DNA of 64,000 nucleotides from Spirochaetia bacterium (lineage in GTDB: Bacteria; Spirochaetota; Spirochaetia; UBA9216): NCBI GenBank assembly GCA_963675665.1, contig OY776510.1, forward strand, positions 4,256,001 to 4,320,000, read 5' to 3'. Position 1 is the stretch's first letter; each line of letters starts with the position of its first letter. The notes under the pieces were generated by a model, which saw nothing but the letters and a program-made list of their open reading frames with translations, searched no databases and was not told the origin of the DNA. Made by a program: the position numbers and the translations under genes. Shown in pieces: positions 29,526-39,684 of this stretch.

Positions 29526-32402
29526 TTAATTGCTGCTATAGAGTTTATTAATCAATTCTACCCGGTTTTGTGTACCTGTTTTCTGAAAGAGATGGCTAAG
29601 GTGTGAGGAAACTGTACGCGGAGAAACGGAGAGTTCGTTTGCAATTTCCTTATCCTGCAGTCCAAGACGGACAAGCTCCACTACCCTCTGTTCTGCTTTT
29701 GTTATTCCGAAGTTTACCCTTTCCTGATGAGAAGGCTCAGAGATTATTCCGGCGGCAATCCGGCTTAAACGCTCGGTGCTTTGCCTGTCTTTAACAGCCT
29801 GCATATAAGATGATTTATGGCTTTCAACAAGGTTTCGCACCTTAAGCAGCAGTTCGTTTCCAATAAACGGCTTCTGAATATAATCTACCGCACCGGTTTT
29901 CAACCCCTCTGCTTTCTCCATAGGGTCGGCCAGCGCTGTAAGATAGATGAAAGGGAGATTACTGTAACCGTTGTTATTAAGAAGGTTCCGACGAAAGCCG
30001 AAACCACTCATTCCGGGCATCATTACATCACATATAATCAAAGACAGCGGAGGTCCGGTTGTAAGCCAGGAAAGAGCATCCTCTCCGCTGGAGCACCATT
30101 TCAGGTTGTATTCAGACGACAGGAGGTCCTGCAGGACAATCCACATGTCAGGATTATCCTCGACAATCAGGATTGTATCCTTCTTATCATCTTTTACACC
30201 GTCATTTTCCTGTTTGGGGAACAATAATCCGGGTTCCACACGCTCCTGCCTGCGGCTGTATAGTGTCTGATCTGCAGAACCATCAGCCGTAATTAGTCCG
30301 CCGCTATCTGCTGCCTGCATTATGATGGAAAATTCCGAACCTTCTCCCGGCCGTCCTTCAGCTTCAAGCCCCCAGCCGTGCCTTTCTGCAATCTCTCTGA
30401 CCAGAGCAAGCCCCAGGCCGGCGCCTTCCCTGTGTCTTTCCCTGCTTTCTTCCGCCTGAGTGAATCGTTTAAAAATCTGCGATTTATCCTCAGGTGTAAA
30501 ACCGATTCCGGAATCTTCGACGGTTAATACAATCTTTTCATTATCCTGAGTTTTACTCATTATGATCCTGATTCCGCCGTTTTCTGTAAATTTCAGAGAG
30601 TTATTCAGTAAATTAAGCACGGCTGTTTCAAGCAAAGAATGATCAGCCTTTATAAAAACTTTTTCTGCTCCCGTACGGTTGTCAACGGTCAGATAAAGCC
30701 CCTTTTTTTCGGCAAGAGATTCCAGTTCCGCTGCAAGCCCGCGGCAGTAGCCTATCAGCTCTATTAATTGCGGTTCGTATACCATTGTTCCGAGATCAAG
30801 CCTTGAAAAATCAAGCAGCTGGTTGATCTGATTTTTAAGCCTTATGACATTACGCTCAATCAGACTGAAAACATGGTTTTCAGAGTCAAGTTTTTTTCCG
30901 TAACGGCCGTTCTTGATACCTTCAAGCGGTACGGAAAGCAGCGTAAGAGGGGTGCGCAATTCATGTGATACGTTCGCTATAAAATTGGTTTTACTCCGGT
31001 CAAGCTGTTTAAGCTGCTCCAGCGCTTCATTGAGCTCGGCTGTACGCTCTTTAACCTTCTTATCAAGAGCATTGCGCTCAGCAAGCAGTTCGTTTGTGTT
31101 TGCCTTTAGAGAATCGAGTTGTTTGCTGATTACATCCTGCGACTCCCGGAACATTGCAGTAACTTTTTTCAACTTTTCCCGCCAGTTCAAAGAAAGCAGA
31201 ACAAGAGAGAAAGAAAGCGCTGATATTATAATTCCTGATTCCACAGGCAGGATCTTCGAAGAAATAAATAATCTGCTGAAATAAACGATCGGGAAAATAA
31301 CTGCCCCGGACATTGCGGCAGCAAACCAGATCACGGGCGAAGACAGCTGTGTTCTCCAGCCTACCCTGATCCAGAATGAGTATGGATTATCCTTCACAGG
31401 GATTACCTTTACATTTGTCTTTTGCTTAACAGAAAGTTCAATAAAGGCCCGGTGTACAGAAGGAACCGCATTTAAAATACCCCCAACTGCATTGGAGCGG
31501 TATAGTCCGAACATCCCGGTCTGCACCTGCTTTCGGAGATTAATCCTTATCCGAAAACTTCTCAGACCGCTTTGGAATTCCATATTGTAGAGATTATTTG
31601 TGCGCAACTGCCATTCCTGAAAACTTTCTTCAAGAGAAAGCTCCGACTTAAGAAAGATTGCCTTAGCCAGTGTGCTGTAGTTTTTAAATCCGTAATAGAA
31701 TGCTTTTGCAGCAAAAAGTTCATCGTTAGAGAGGGACCGTAAAAGATTGACAGCCAGACACATAAACTCAAAACTGACCATGACTCCTTCCTTGTTGAAA
31801 AAGTCGCGATCCATCCGGTATTTTTCAGGAATACAGCTGTTCAGAAATCCAACAGCTTCATCCGAAAGCTTTCCGCCCAGGACGGCCTGATCATCTTTAG
31901 AACCCGGCAAAAGGTACTCATCCTCAATATAATAGAACATCACCGTTACATTGACTATTGAAATATAGCCGCTTTTATTGTTCCCGTCATCAACTATCCA
32001 GGGTGCAAAATCAATGGGTCCCTGCTCAAGTGGTCCGTGATATTCGGGAAGTTGGGTATTTTCATCTATAGAATAACGGAAAAACGGATCATCCAGCAGA
32101 ATTTTTGTAAAACTGGCCAGATAGAACTGAAACTCATAACTGTAGTGGTTCCCTGGGTCCTTCAGACTTCGGGAATCCAGCTTATCATAACCGGCCGGGA
32201 AATGCCCGTTTAATAGTTCCAGCAGAGCTTCAGGCGAACCTCCGGCTGCCTGGTATGCTGTTAGAATATTCATAACAGCAATTGCCGGGCAGGGAAAGAT
32301 ATTTATCTTGTATTCACCGTCTGATCTGAATTGATTTTCTCTGCTCCATGGAGGATGAAGCATAATTCTTCCGCGCAAATCCACTCCGGGCCAGTCAGAC
32401 AA
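29526..32402 (-). CDS. Hybrid sensor histidine kinase-receiver-LuxR HTH protein
   Basis: SHELRTPL, NLLNNSLKFT, EDSGIG, GLGL; receiver (VEDN, CDVMMP, KPF); C-terminal KEIANELSVSPRTVSSHLSHLFQK; two TM segments. Confidence 0.92.
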   Translation of the reverse strand: MSDWPGVDLRGRIMLHPPWSRENQFRSDGEYKINIFPCPAIAVMNILTAYQAAGGSPEALLELLNGHFPAGYDKLDSRSLKDPGNHYSYEFQFYLASFTKILLDDPFFRYSIDENTQLPEYHGPLEQGPIDFAPWIVDDGNNKSGYISIVNVTVMFYYIEDEYLLPGSKDDQAVLGGKLSDEAVGFLNSCIPEKYRMDRDFFNKEGVMVSFEFMCLAVNLLRSLSNDELFAAKAFYYGFKNYSTLAKAIFLKSELSLEESFQEWQLRTNNLYNMEFQSGLRSFRIRINLRKQVQTGMFGLYRSNAVGGILNAVPSVHRAFIELSVKQKTNVKVIPVKDNPYSFWIRVGWRTQLSSPVIWFAAAMSGAVIFPIVYFSRLFISSKILPVESGIIISALSFSLVLLSLNWREKLKKVTAMFRESQDVISKQLDSLKANTNELLAERNALDKKVKERTAELNEALEQLKQLDRSKTNFIANVSHELRTPLTLLSVPLEGIKNGRYGKKLDSENHVFSLIERNVIRLKNQINQLLDFSRLDLGTMVYEPQLIELIGYCRGLAAELESLAEKKGLYLTVDNRTGAEKVFIKADHSLLETAVLNLLNNSLKFTENGGIRIIMSKTQDNEKIVLTVEDSGIGFTPEDKSQIFKRFTQAEESRERHREGAGLGLALVREIAERHGWGLEAEGRPGEGSEFSIIMQAADSGGLITADGSADQTLYSRRQERVEPGLLFPKQENDGVKDDKKDTILIVEDNPDMWIVLQDLLSSEYNLKWCSSGEDALSWLTTGPPLSLIICDVMMPGMSGFGFRRNLLNNNGYSNLPFIYLTALADPMEKAEGLKTGAVDYIQKPFIGNELLLKVRNLVESHKSSYMQAVKDRQSTERLSRIAAGIISEPSHQERVNFGITKAEQRVVELVRLGLQDKEIANELSVSPRTVSSHLSHLFQKTGTQNRVELINKLYSSN

Positions 32403-33216
32403 TCAGGTCCTCCATAAAATTTTCGAGCTCGGCCGAATAGCCTGTATCTATAGCCCAGTCAGGTATATGATCGCATGCGTCCAAAATCATAAGATGCTCT
32501 CCAAGCAGCTCTTTTATCCTTGCAGTCTGCACATATTTAATGTTTACAATCCTGTCTTCAGCGCCGAAAACGACACGTAGAGGAACCTTCAGTGATTGAT
32601 AAATTGCATGCTCGCTCGGGAAACCGTTTTTATTGATATTTTGAAAAAGCAGGCTCCTTGCGCGCCCATCTGTATTTTTAATATTTTCAGAAAATAATGC
32701 CTTTATTTCAGACCTTGAAGTAAGGGCATCTGTCCATATTGCGACCTGCTTATCAGACAGGGTTTCTGAAAAAAAGGAAGTATTATCCGGCATAGGTAAA
32801 AATGCTTCGGGAAAATCCGCCAGACCTGAGATTGGCGGCGCGCCAATAACAAACAATCCTTTCAAAACGGAACCCAGCCGCGCTGCCGAACCAACGGCGA
32901 TGTGCCCCCCCAGCGATACGCCAAGTAATATGACTTCATCAATACTCAAAACCTCAAGCAGACCTTTCAGATGTGAAAAATAACCCTCATGAGAATAGAG
33001 CCCTTCAGGGTTCGCCGGAACTGCCGAATCTCCATGGCCTGGCAGATCATAAGCCAGGAACCCGTATTTTTTAAACTTTTCATTCTTTAAAAGCGGTGTA
33101 AAAATTTCCCTGGATAGAGAATTGCCGTGAATACAAACTATTACCGGATTATCTCCCCGCCGATAAATCACAGACGTAGAGTTTCCGTTCACTGAAATTG
33201 TTTTTTTTATATTCAT
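32395..33216 (-). CDS. Alpha/beta hydrolase, AidH (AHL-lactonase)-like
   Basis: HGNS, DLPGHG, GVSLGGH, GAPP, TDGRAR. Confidence 0.8.
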   Translation of the reverse strand: MNIKKTISVNGNSTSVIYRRGDNPVIVCIHGNSLSREIFTPLLKNEKFKKYGFLAYDLPGHGDSAVPANPEGLYSHEGYFSHLKGLLEVLSIDEVILLGVSLGGHIAVGSAARLGSVLKGLFVIGAPPISGLADFPEAFLPMPDNTSFFSETLSDKQVAIWTDALTSRSEIKALFSENIKNTDGRARSLLFQNINKNGFPSEHAIYQSLKVPLRVVFGAEDRIVNIKYVQTARIKELLGEHLMILDACDHIPDWAIDTGYSAELENFMEDLIV

Positions 33217-33309
33217 TCTGCTGCCTAATTCTAGTAGGTACATTATATAGCGGAATCAGGCATGGGCATAGGAGAAAATTCTGAATATCTGAATCCTGAT
33301 GATGGATAT

Positions 33310-34134
33310 TCAGGAAACAAGACTCTCCATGAAGCTGGAAAATTCTTTCAAAAAACTATCCTCTCCTGTAAACGACGGTAAATGCTGCGCATTTTTTATT
33401 ATCCTGAGGCGATCTCCAAGTAATCCTGCGATTCTGTTATTCTCCAGGTAAGTCAAATTTACCATGCGATCATTTTCTCCATAAACAAAAAGAAACGGGA
33501 TATCGGTAGCTTTCAAAAAATCATGTTCATTGTGACCATCACCCGCAATAATAGCCGGAAAAAAATATTTACGTGAATCGGAATCAGAGGTCATTACAGC
33601 ATCAGAAAGAACAGGTTTAATTGCATCATCACTGGAGATGTAATCAACAATTAATGCTCTTTCATTATCTGAGATCTGCTCTTTAAAAAGAGAGGCGCCT
33701 TCCGCGAGGGGAAGAAATGCCGATCCAAAATCTTCAAAACTTCTTACCGGCGGTGTGCCAATTGTGCATATGCCCTTTACAGCATTCCCAAGGTTCTGCC
33801 CTGCAGCTTCCATGGCGAGATGGCCGCCCATTGAAAAACCAAGAAGAACCATTTCATCAATTCCGAGACTATCAACAATTGTTTCGATATGCTTTGCATA
33901 CCCTGACATTGAATAAGTTTCATCCGGTGCAGCAGGACGGGCCGAACCGCCGTGACCGGGCAGGTCAAAAACCATCATCCCATATCTTTTCAGCCCTTCA
34001 CATTCAAACAGCGGCGTAAAAATTTCCTTTGATAAAGAATTTCCATGAATACAGACTATCACGGGACTGTCTCCCTTACGGTATCTTACAGACGTGGAAA
34101 TTCCGTTTATTGAAATTGTTTCTTTGATATTCAT
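33310..34134 (-). CDS. Alpha/beta hydrolase, AidH-like (paralogue)
   Basis: HGNS, DLPGHG, YSMSGY, GFSMGGH, GTPP; N-terminus nearly identical to its neighbour. Confidence 0.8.
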   Translation of the reverse strand: MNIKETISINGISTSVRYRKGDSPVIVCIHGNSLSKEIFTPLFECEGLKRYGMMVFDLPGHGGSARPAAPDETYSMSGYAKHIETIVDSLGIDEMVLLGFSMGGHLAMEAAGQNLGNAVKGICTIGTPPVRSFEDFGSAFLPLAEGASLFKEQISDNERALIVDYISSDDAIKPVLSDAVMTSDSDSRKYFFPAIIAGDGHNEHDFLKATDIPFLFVYGENDRMVNLTYLENNRIAGLLGDRLRIIKNAQHLPSFTGEDSFLKEFSSFMESLVS

Positions 34135-34238
34135 TTTTTCCTGCTTATAAATTTTAGTACAGATCAGTATATAACCAGGTCATTAATGAATAAAGAGGAT
34201 AAAAGAAAAAGCGTGTTTATAATTTATAGAAATGTCTT

Positions 34239-34973
34239 TTATTTCAGCAGCCCGTATAGCCTGCGTTCCAGACTGACAAAATCGTCGCTGTACTCATCCC
34301 TTCGGCCTGAAATACGCTCGATATCTATATCCATAAAAACTGCTTCATCATTTTTTAATATAATAAGCCTGTCGGCAATATAAACCGCTTCGGTAATATC
34401 ATGGGTGACAAACAGCATGGAAGTGTCCAACCCCCTGTTCAATTCAACCAGCAGATCCTGAAGAGAGCGCCTTGTCGGGGCGTCAAGCGCGGTAAAAGGT
34501 TCATCAAGAAGCAGAATGTCCGGCCTGGTTGACAACGCCCTGGCTATTACTGCCCGCTGTTTCATTCCCCCTGAAAGCTGGGATGGAAATAAATCCGCAT
34601 CATCAGACAAACCAACCAGTTCCAGTAGATTCTCCGTCTGAATACTGATGTCTTCCACATTACTATTTCTATATTTCAACGGGAATTTAACATTAGCTGA
34701 AGTAGTCAGCCAGGGAAAAAGCTGATCTGAATTCTGAAAAACCATAATCCGGTTCTTTCCGGGACCGGAAACAACTCCATACTTGTCTTCTATTATCCCT
34801 GAGCCGGGAAAAATGAATCCGCCCGCCAGATTTAAAAGAGTGCTCTTTCCGCAGCCTGAGGGGCCAATCACACAGACAATCTCGCCGTGTTGCAGGCTTG
34901 CAGAAAAGTTATTCAGCACCGGCTGATAACCAGGATACGCAAAAGATACGTTGTTAAAGCTGAGTACGTTCAT
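34239..34973 (-). CDS. NitT/TauT-family ABC transporter ATP-binding protein
   Basis: GPSGCGKST, LFPW, LSGGMKQR, LLDEPF. Confidence 0.92.
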   Translation of the reverse strand: MNVLSFNNVSFAYPGYQPVLNNFSASLQHGEIVCVIGPSGCGKSTLLNLAGGFIFPGSGIIEDKYGVVSGPGKNRIMVFQNSDQLFPWLTTSANVKFPLKYRNSNVEDISIQTENLLELVGLSDDADLFPSQLSGGMKQRAVIARALSTRPDILLLDEPFTALDAPTRRSLQDLLVELNRGLDTSMLFVTHDITEAVYIADRLIILKNDEAVFMDIDIERISGRRDEYSDDFVSLERRLYGLLK

Positions 34974-35761
34974 CCTTCACCCCACCTTCCAAGCGTTGAA
35001 AACTCCACAAGGTAAAAAAGACCGCTTTCAACTGCAAGCCCGATTAAAGCAAGCATAAGAATTCCTGCATACATCCCTTCGGTATCCATGAAAATACGCT
35101 TCTCAAACACAAACCAGCCCAGACCGCCCCCGCTGCCTGTGATGCCGAAGATCATTTCCGCGCTGACGGCAGCCCGCCATGCCCGTGCCCATGCCGTTTT
35201 CAGACCGGAAAATATATGTGCGAATGACGCCGGAACCATTATTCGAAAAAAGAAGGCGACCGTACTCAACCCGTAATTGGCCCCGATTTTGCGATAGACT
35301 GCCGGAACTGAATCAAATCCGGCTGATATATTAACAACAAGCGGCCAGAGCACGGAATGAAGAATAACCATAAGCAGGGTGTTGCCGCCTATGCCGAAAA
35401 TCAGAATAAAAACGGGAAGCACCGCGATTCCGGGCAGAGGATGAAAAACTGCGGTGAGCATTGAAGCAAGGCGGCGCACAGCAGTAAGTTGAAACGAAGC
35501 AGCCGAAAGACCGAAAGCAATCGCCGCCCCCATAATAATCCCGGCGCAGACAAATCCCAGGGACACAAGGGTTCCTGTCAGCAGTTCACCGGAAACAAGC
35601 TCGGCTCCGAAGGTCTTTACAACGGAAGAGAAAGGAGGAAGAATCAGTTTTGACACAAGTCCGCTGCGGGCGGTTATTTCCCAAATTACTATAAAAAGGA
35701 CAAACCAGAGTACCGTGCCTCCGGGATTATCGTGCTTCAGCTTGCGCAGGGGCTTAATCAT
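34970..35761 (-). CDS. NitT/TauT-family ABC permease
   Basis: PLPGIAVLP, AWRAAVSAEM; start ATG 35761 overlaps the upstream stop. Confidence 0.9.
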   Translation of the reverse strand: MIKPLRKLKHDNPGGTVLWFVLFIVIWEITARSGLVSKLILPPFSSVVKTFGAELVSGELLTGTLVSLGFVCAGIIMGAAIAFGLSAASFQLTAVRRLASMLTAVFHPLPGIAVLPVFILIFGIGGNTLLMVILHSVLWPLVVNISAGFDSVPAVYRKIGANYGLSTVAFFFRIMVPASFAHIFSGLKTAWARAWRAAVSAEMIFGITGSGGGLGWFVFEKRIFMDTEGMYAGILMLALIGLAVESGLFYLVEFSTLGRWGEG

Positions 35762-36704
35762 TATAGAGAACATCTCCCGGGTTGATTTTTTCCGAAAGAT
35801 ATCCGTTTTCATGCATAAACAAAATAAAATTCTCAAGCCCGTAGAGTTCGGTAGTATATTTCATGTCTTCGCGGGTAATATACTGAAAGACCTGCTTTTC
35901 CGGCAGGTTGTAAATTCCGGCAAGTATTTCGGCTGATTCCTCCGGGTTTGTATTTATAAAATCAACGGACTGTCCAAGCGCCTTCAGAAAGCTTTTAAGC
36001 AAGCCCGGGTTTTCCTCAATAAACTTACCGTCCGCCATTGCCCCTATAAAAGAAAATTCACCGCCGAAAGCATCAAACCCGGATAAAATCGTTTTAAATC
36101 GGCTGCCGTCCGCTGCTTCGGTATCATTTTCCATAAAAATATAAGGAGGCGAAGTAAAATGCGCATCAACTGCTCCCGAGACCAGGGCTGTCATCCCGTC
36201 CGGGTGCTTCATAGTCACAAGGGCCTTGTCAAACCGGGCGGCATCGCCATACTTTCGTTCAGAAGCCATCGACAGTAATATATGCTGAATGCTTCCCGGC
36301 TGCGGCAGTGCAATACGGTGCCGGGGGGTCAGACTACTGAAGTCGGGGATGGCCTCTCCAGCAACAAGTCCTACCGGACAGACGCTTAACCCCGAAACAA
36401 GCTTCCAGTTCATGCCCTTGTCAGCGCCTATCAGAAACGGAGGAAGCCCCATAAATCCGAGATCAACCTCGCCGGCAAGCACAGCCTCACGGATAGCGGC
36501 GGTATTACCCAGCTTGACCCAATTAACTTCAATTTCCGGTTCCAGCTTCTCAAAAAAACCCTGAGAACGCATAATCTGCAGCGGAGCATAAGCCAGTCCG
36601 TATTGTTCGGCGATCGTTACCTTCCCGACGCCGCTGCATGAGAAAAATAATATCTGCAGAACCGATAAAAGTACGATTGAAAGCGTCCGGCCGATTGATT
36701 TCAT
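35754..36704 (-). CDS. NitT/TauT-family ABC substrate-binding lipoprotein
   Basis: Lipobox FFSC; QYGLAYAP, PQPGSIQH. Confidence 0.88.
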   Translation of the reverse strand: MKSIGRTLSIVLLSVLQILFFSCSGVGKVTIAEQYGLAYAPLQIMRSQGFFEKLEPEIEVNWVKLGNTAAIREAVLAGEVDLGFMGLPPFLIGADKGMNWKLVSGLSVCPVGLVAGEAIPDFSSLTPRHRIALPQPGSIQHILLSMASERKYGDAARFDKALVTMKHPDGMTALVSGAVDAHFTSPPYIFMENDTEAADGSRFKTILSGFDAFGGEFSFIGAMADGKFIEENPGLLKSFLKALGQSVDFINTNPEESAEILAGIYNLPEKQVFQYITREDMKYTTELYGLENFILFMHENGYLSEKINPGDVLYND

Positions 36705-37984
36705 CTGTTGCCTCCGAAAAGCATTTTATCATAAAACTGTATCATGTTCCCGCCGTTTTCATCTTCAATTCTCAATTGCGAATATGCCTGTCCCACAATC
36801 GAATCAGCTTCATCGCCGCTTTCGCAGCAGACGATAAAATATCCCGCCCGCTGCGTTGAGTTCAGCCGATTGCGGATAATCGTTCCGGGCTTCAGCAGAA
36901 AAGCACCGCCGATTACGCCCCGCATATTTAAAACCTCGTCCATCCCGGATTGCGATACAATTTCACCCTCATTGCAGAAAAACATCTGAAGTGATACAAC
37001 ACCTTGCTGTCGCAGTCCATTAAAAACTGAGGGGTCATAATTCCGGCGGCAACTCATTTTGATCATAACGTCAAGAATATCTTTGCCGGTAATATAAGGG
37101 ATAAATTCATCCTCATAAGCCCCGCCGAGCCGGCAGGCGGTTTCGTTAACTATTATCCGACCCTGTTCACCTGAACTGCTGTCCCGCCCCACAAGGTACT
37201 GGAAATATACCGGCCCTTCCCTCAATCCGAACGCTTCAATTATCCGTTCGGTTAACAGGCGGATCTCATCCAGTCTCCCGAAGTATTTCGACGGGTAATG
37301 ATGGGCAATGCACACCCCTATTCCGGGCGGATTATCAACAGTAACCCTGTCGGTTACCGTAAGAATATGGAGTTTCCCGTTTACAAGCCAGCCGCTGAGG
37401 GTAATCTCGTCGGAAGGGTAATATTCCTCAACAAGGATTTCATCGCAGCGGCTGAAGCCGAGCACCTCGTCGATACGGCAGCGCAATTCGTCCTCCGTTT
37501 CAAGTCGGAAAACCCCGCGCTGTCCCTGAGAATCAAGGGGTTTGCTTACCACAGGGAAATGCAGGCCCGAAATGTCTGCGTCTTTAAAGCCGCGTCTTAC
37601 AATACGATAAGGCGCCACCGGTATTCCTGCAGCCGTCAGTCTTGATTTCATTGCTTTCTTGTTTGTAACAAGCAGGGCGCGGGACTCATCAAGAAAATAC
37701 GGAATACCCAGGCCCGCAGCAGTCCGGGCTGCAGTCAGTACCGGCTGATCGGTACCGGTTACAAGCAGCGCGTCTATGCGTTTGCCCGTTTCGGCCTGGA
37801 AACGCCGGGCGGCGGATTCTGTTTCTGCAGCGTCAAAAGTCGAAGCCTTTGCGGTAAAATCAGCCTCAAGGCAGCCGGGAGCTCCGGGGTTCATATCAGT
37901 TACAAATGTAGTTATACCCATGCTGCGGCATCTTCTGACTACCGACAGCTGCCCCGGGCCGCCGCCGAGAATGTGGAGAATCAA
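36701..37984 (-). CDS. ATP-grasp domain protein
   Basis: ILGGGPGQ, NKKAMK, KPLDSQGQRG, VEEY, NETACRLGG; GGAGG plus TTG start overlapping the GT2 stop. Confidence 0.85.
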   Translation of the reverse strand: MILHILGGGPGQLSVVRRCRSMGITTFVTDMNPGAPGCLEADFTAKASTFDAAETESAARRFQAETGKRIDALLVTGTDQPVLTAARTAAGLGIPYFLDESRALLVTNKKAMKSRLTAAGIPVAPYRIVRRGFKDADISGLHFPVVSKPLDSQGQRGVFRLETEDELRCRIDEVLGFSRCDEILVEEYYPSDEITLSGWLVNGKLHILTVTDRVTVDNPPGIGVCIAHHYPSKYFGRLDEIRLLTERIIEAFGLREGPVYFQYLVGRDSSSGEQGRIIVNETACRLGGAYEDEFIPYITGKDILDVMIKMSCRRNYDPSVFNGLRQQGVVSLQMFFCNEGEIVSQSGMDEVLNMRGVIGGAFLLKPGTIIRNRLNSTQRAGYFIVCCESGDEADSIVGQAYSQLRIEDENGGNMIQFYDKMLFGGNR

Positions 37985-38739
37985 AGGCAGCCTCCCTTTT
38001 CGGCAACCCGGTACTGTTCTCCGGCTTTTCTGCTGCCGAAGGGACCGTACCACCATATCAGCTTCAGATAAAGCCTTACGCGGGCTGCCGGAGAATACCT
38101 GCCCGAACCGTGAGGTCCCGCCCGTTGCGACGGACTTTCCAATTGCTTTGCTTTATACTCAATACTTGTTGCAGTGAAACCGTTTCTGAACAGCTCGGCG
38201 GAAATATAAACAAAGGGCTGAACAGCCGCACAGACAACCTCTACTGCCCCGCGGCTTATAACCCTGTAGCTTCCGATTCGGAGTCCGGCGGGTTTTCCCA
38301 TAAAAACCGTAAAAAACTGGTCCCGCATCCTGCCGCCGGCCCTGCGGCGGACGCTTCTTCCTGGTACCGCATAGACTGCGCCGGTACCGGCGGCGGAAGC
38401 CCTGAGGCGCTCCACCATAAAGGGTATCATTTCCGGCGGGTGCTGAAGATCATCGTCAATGGTAACTACCGATTCGCCGCGGCTGTGTCTTAATCCGCAG
38501 AGAACGGCAAGCTGCTGGCCGTAATTCCGTTCAAGGCTGATGTATCCTGTGAAAAACCTTTCCCTGTACTTTTCCTTACAGAACTGCCTGATCAAATCAA
38601 GACTGCCGTCGGAACTTCCGTCATCAACAAAAAGAAGTTCCGTATCTTCATCAAGTTTGCCTGTAACTTTAAGCAGCCTTTCGAATAAAGCCTTTAAATT
38701 TGATTCGCCGTTAAAAACAGGGACAATTATACTAAGCAC
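37981..38739 (-). CDS. GT2 glycosyltransferase (ArnC/GtrB-like polyprenyl-phosphate GT)
   Basis: SIIVPVFN, VDDGSSD, RNYGQ, IDDDLQHPPE (start GTG 38739 or TTG 38754). Confidence 0.85.
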   Translation of the reverse strand: MLSIIVPVFNGESNLKALFERLLKVTGKLDEDTELLFVDDGSSDGSLDLIRQFCKEKYRERFFTGYISLERNYGQQLAVLCGLRHSRGESVVTIDDDLQHPPEMIPFMVERLRASAAGTGAVYAVPGRSVRRRAGGRMRDQFFTVFMGKPAGLRIGSYRVISRGAVEVVCAAVQPFVYISAELFRNGFTATSIEYKAKQLESPSQRAGPHGSGRYSPAARVRLYLKLIWWYGPFGSRKAGEQYRVAEKGGCL

Positions 38740-39100
38740 CGGCGGCCTCAACAATAAATGGCAACAGGAAACCGGCAGTAATCAGAATCACGCCGATTAC
38801 CTGAAAAAGATTAATCCTTTCATTAAGGAGAAAGCGGGCTGAAATAAAAACCAGTATATAATTCAGACTGTTAAATGCGAATGCTTCGGATAACTGGATC
38901 TCAGAGAGTGCATTAATATATAACAGTGGCGCCGCCGCCATGCATATTCCGGCGCCGACAATCCCCGGGCACAGCAGAGATTTGATAAAAGCGGGGAATC
39001 CTTTGCCTGTAACCACCGCGCCGGCATTTCTTTTCATCAGGATCTGTCCGGCTGTTACAAGTACCGGCATCAGAAAAAGCATGAAATAGCTGCTAAGCAT
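38732..39100 (-). CDS. EamA/SMR-like small membrane protein (ArnE/F-like flippase subunit)
   Basis: 4 TM, GQILMK, LSEAFAFNSLNY, LNERI. Confidence 0.75.
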   Translation of the reverse strand: MLSSYFMLFLMPVLVTAGQILMKRNAGAVVTGKGFPAFIKSLLCPGIVGAGICMAAAPLLYINALSEIQLSEAFAFNSLNYILVFISARFLLNERINLFQVIGVILITAGFLLPFIVEAAGA

Positions 39101-39443
39101 TTTTCGAAGCTCCCGCTGCCGTAAAAATAATTCCTGCAAAAATCAGTAATGCACCGGCAAAGCGTGCCCAGCCGGGTTTTTCATCAAAAATCAGCATCGA
39201 CAACGGCAGAATCAGCAGGTAAACGGCTCCTGTAAACGGGTACGCCGCTGAAAGTGATAATCTGCGCAGGACAAGCATCCAGATGAAAGCCCGAAGAATC
39301 AGGCAGCAATAACTTATAAATGTAAAGATATTAATAAAACCGCCGGTCCTGCCTGAAAACCCCGCAGCGGTCTGCCCTCCCAACTGCAGCAGCAGAAACA
39401 TAACCAGAAGGGGCACGGGATTATCAAATCTTATCCTGTTCAT
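39093..39443 (-). CDS. EamA/SMR-like small membrane protein (ArnE/F-like flippase subunit)
   Basis: WMLVLRRLSLSAAYP, IFDEK motif. Confidence 0.75.
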   Translation of the reverse strand: MNRIRFDNPVPLLVMFLLLQLGGQTAAGFSGRTGGFINIFTFISYCCLILRAFIWMLVLRRLSLSAAYPFTGAVYLLILPLSMLIFDEKPGWARFAGALLIFAGIIFTAAGASKNA

Positions 39444-39498
39444 CAGAATGGATTATATATTAACACTGGCTCAAGTTGCAATTTCCTTGGCAAATCTA

Positions 39499-39527
39499 TT
39501 GACTTTTTTTTTGTGTTTAAGTATAAA
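39499..39527 (+). promoter_or_regulatory. Sigma70 promoter of tRNA-Phe
   Basis: TTGACT-N17-TATAAA. Confidence 0.65.
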
Positions 39528-39537
39528 TACATCCAAT

Positions 39538-39610
<73 letters not shown>

Positions 39611-39615
39611 CAGCT

Positions 39616-39651
39616 GACCATTTCAAGCAAGCTTGAAATGGTCTTTTTTTT
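39616..39651 (+). terminator. Intrinsic terminator after tRNA-Phe
   Basis: GACCATTTCAAGC-AA-GCTTGAAATGGTC followed by T8. Confidence 0.85.
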
Positions 39652-39684
39652 GGGATTAATCATCAATTGATAATTTTTTCAATT

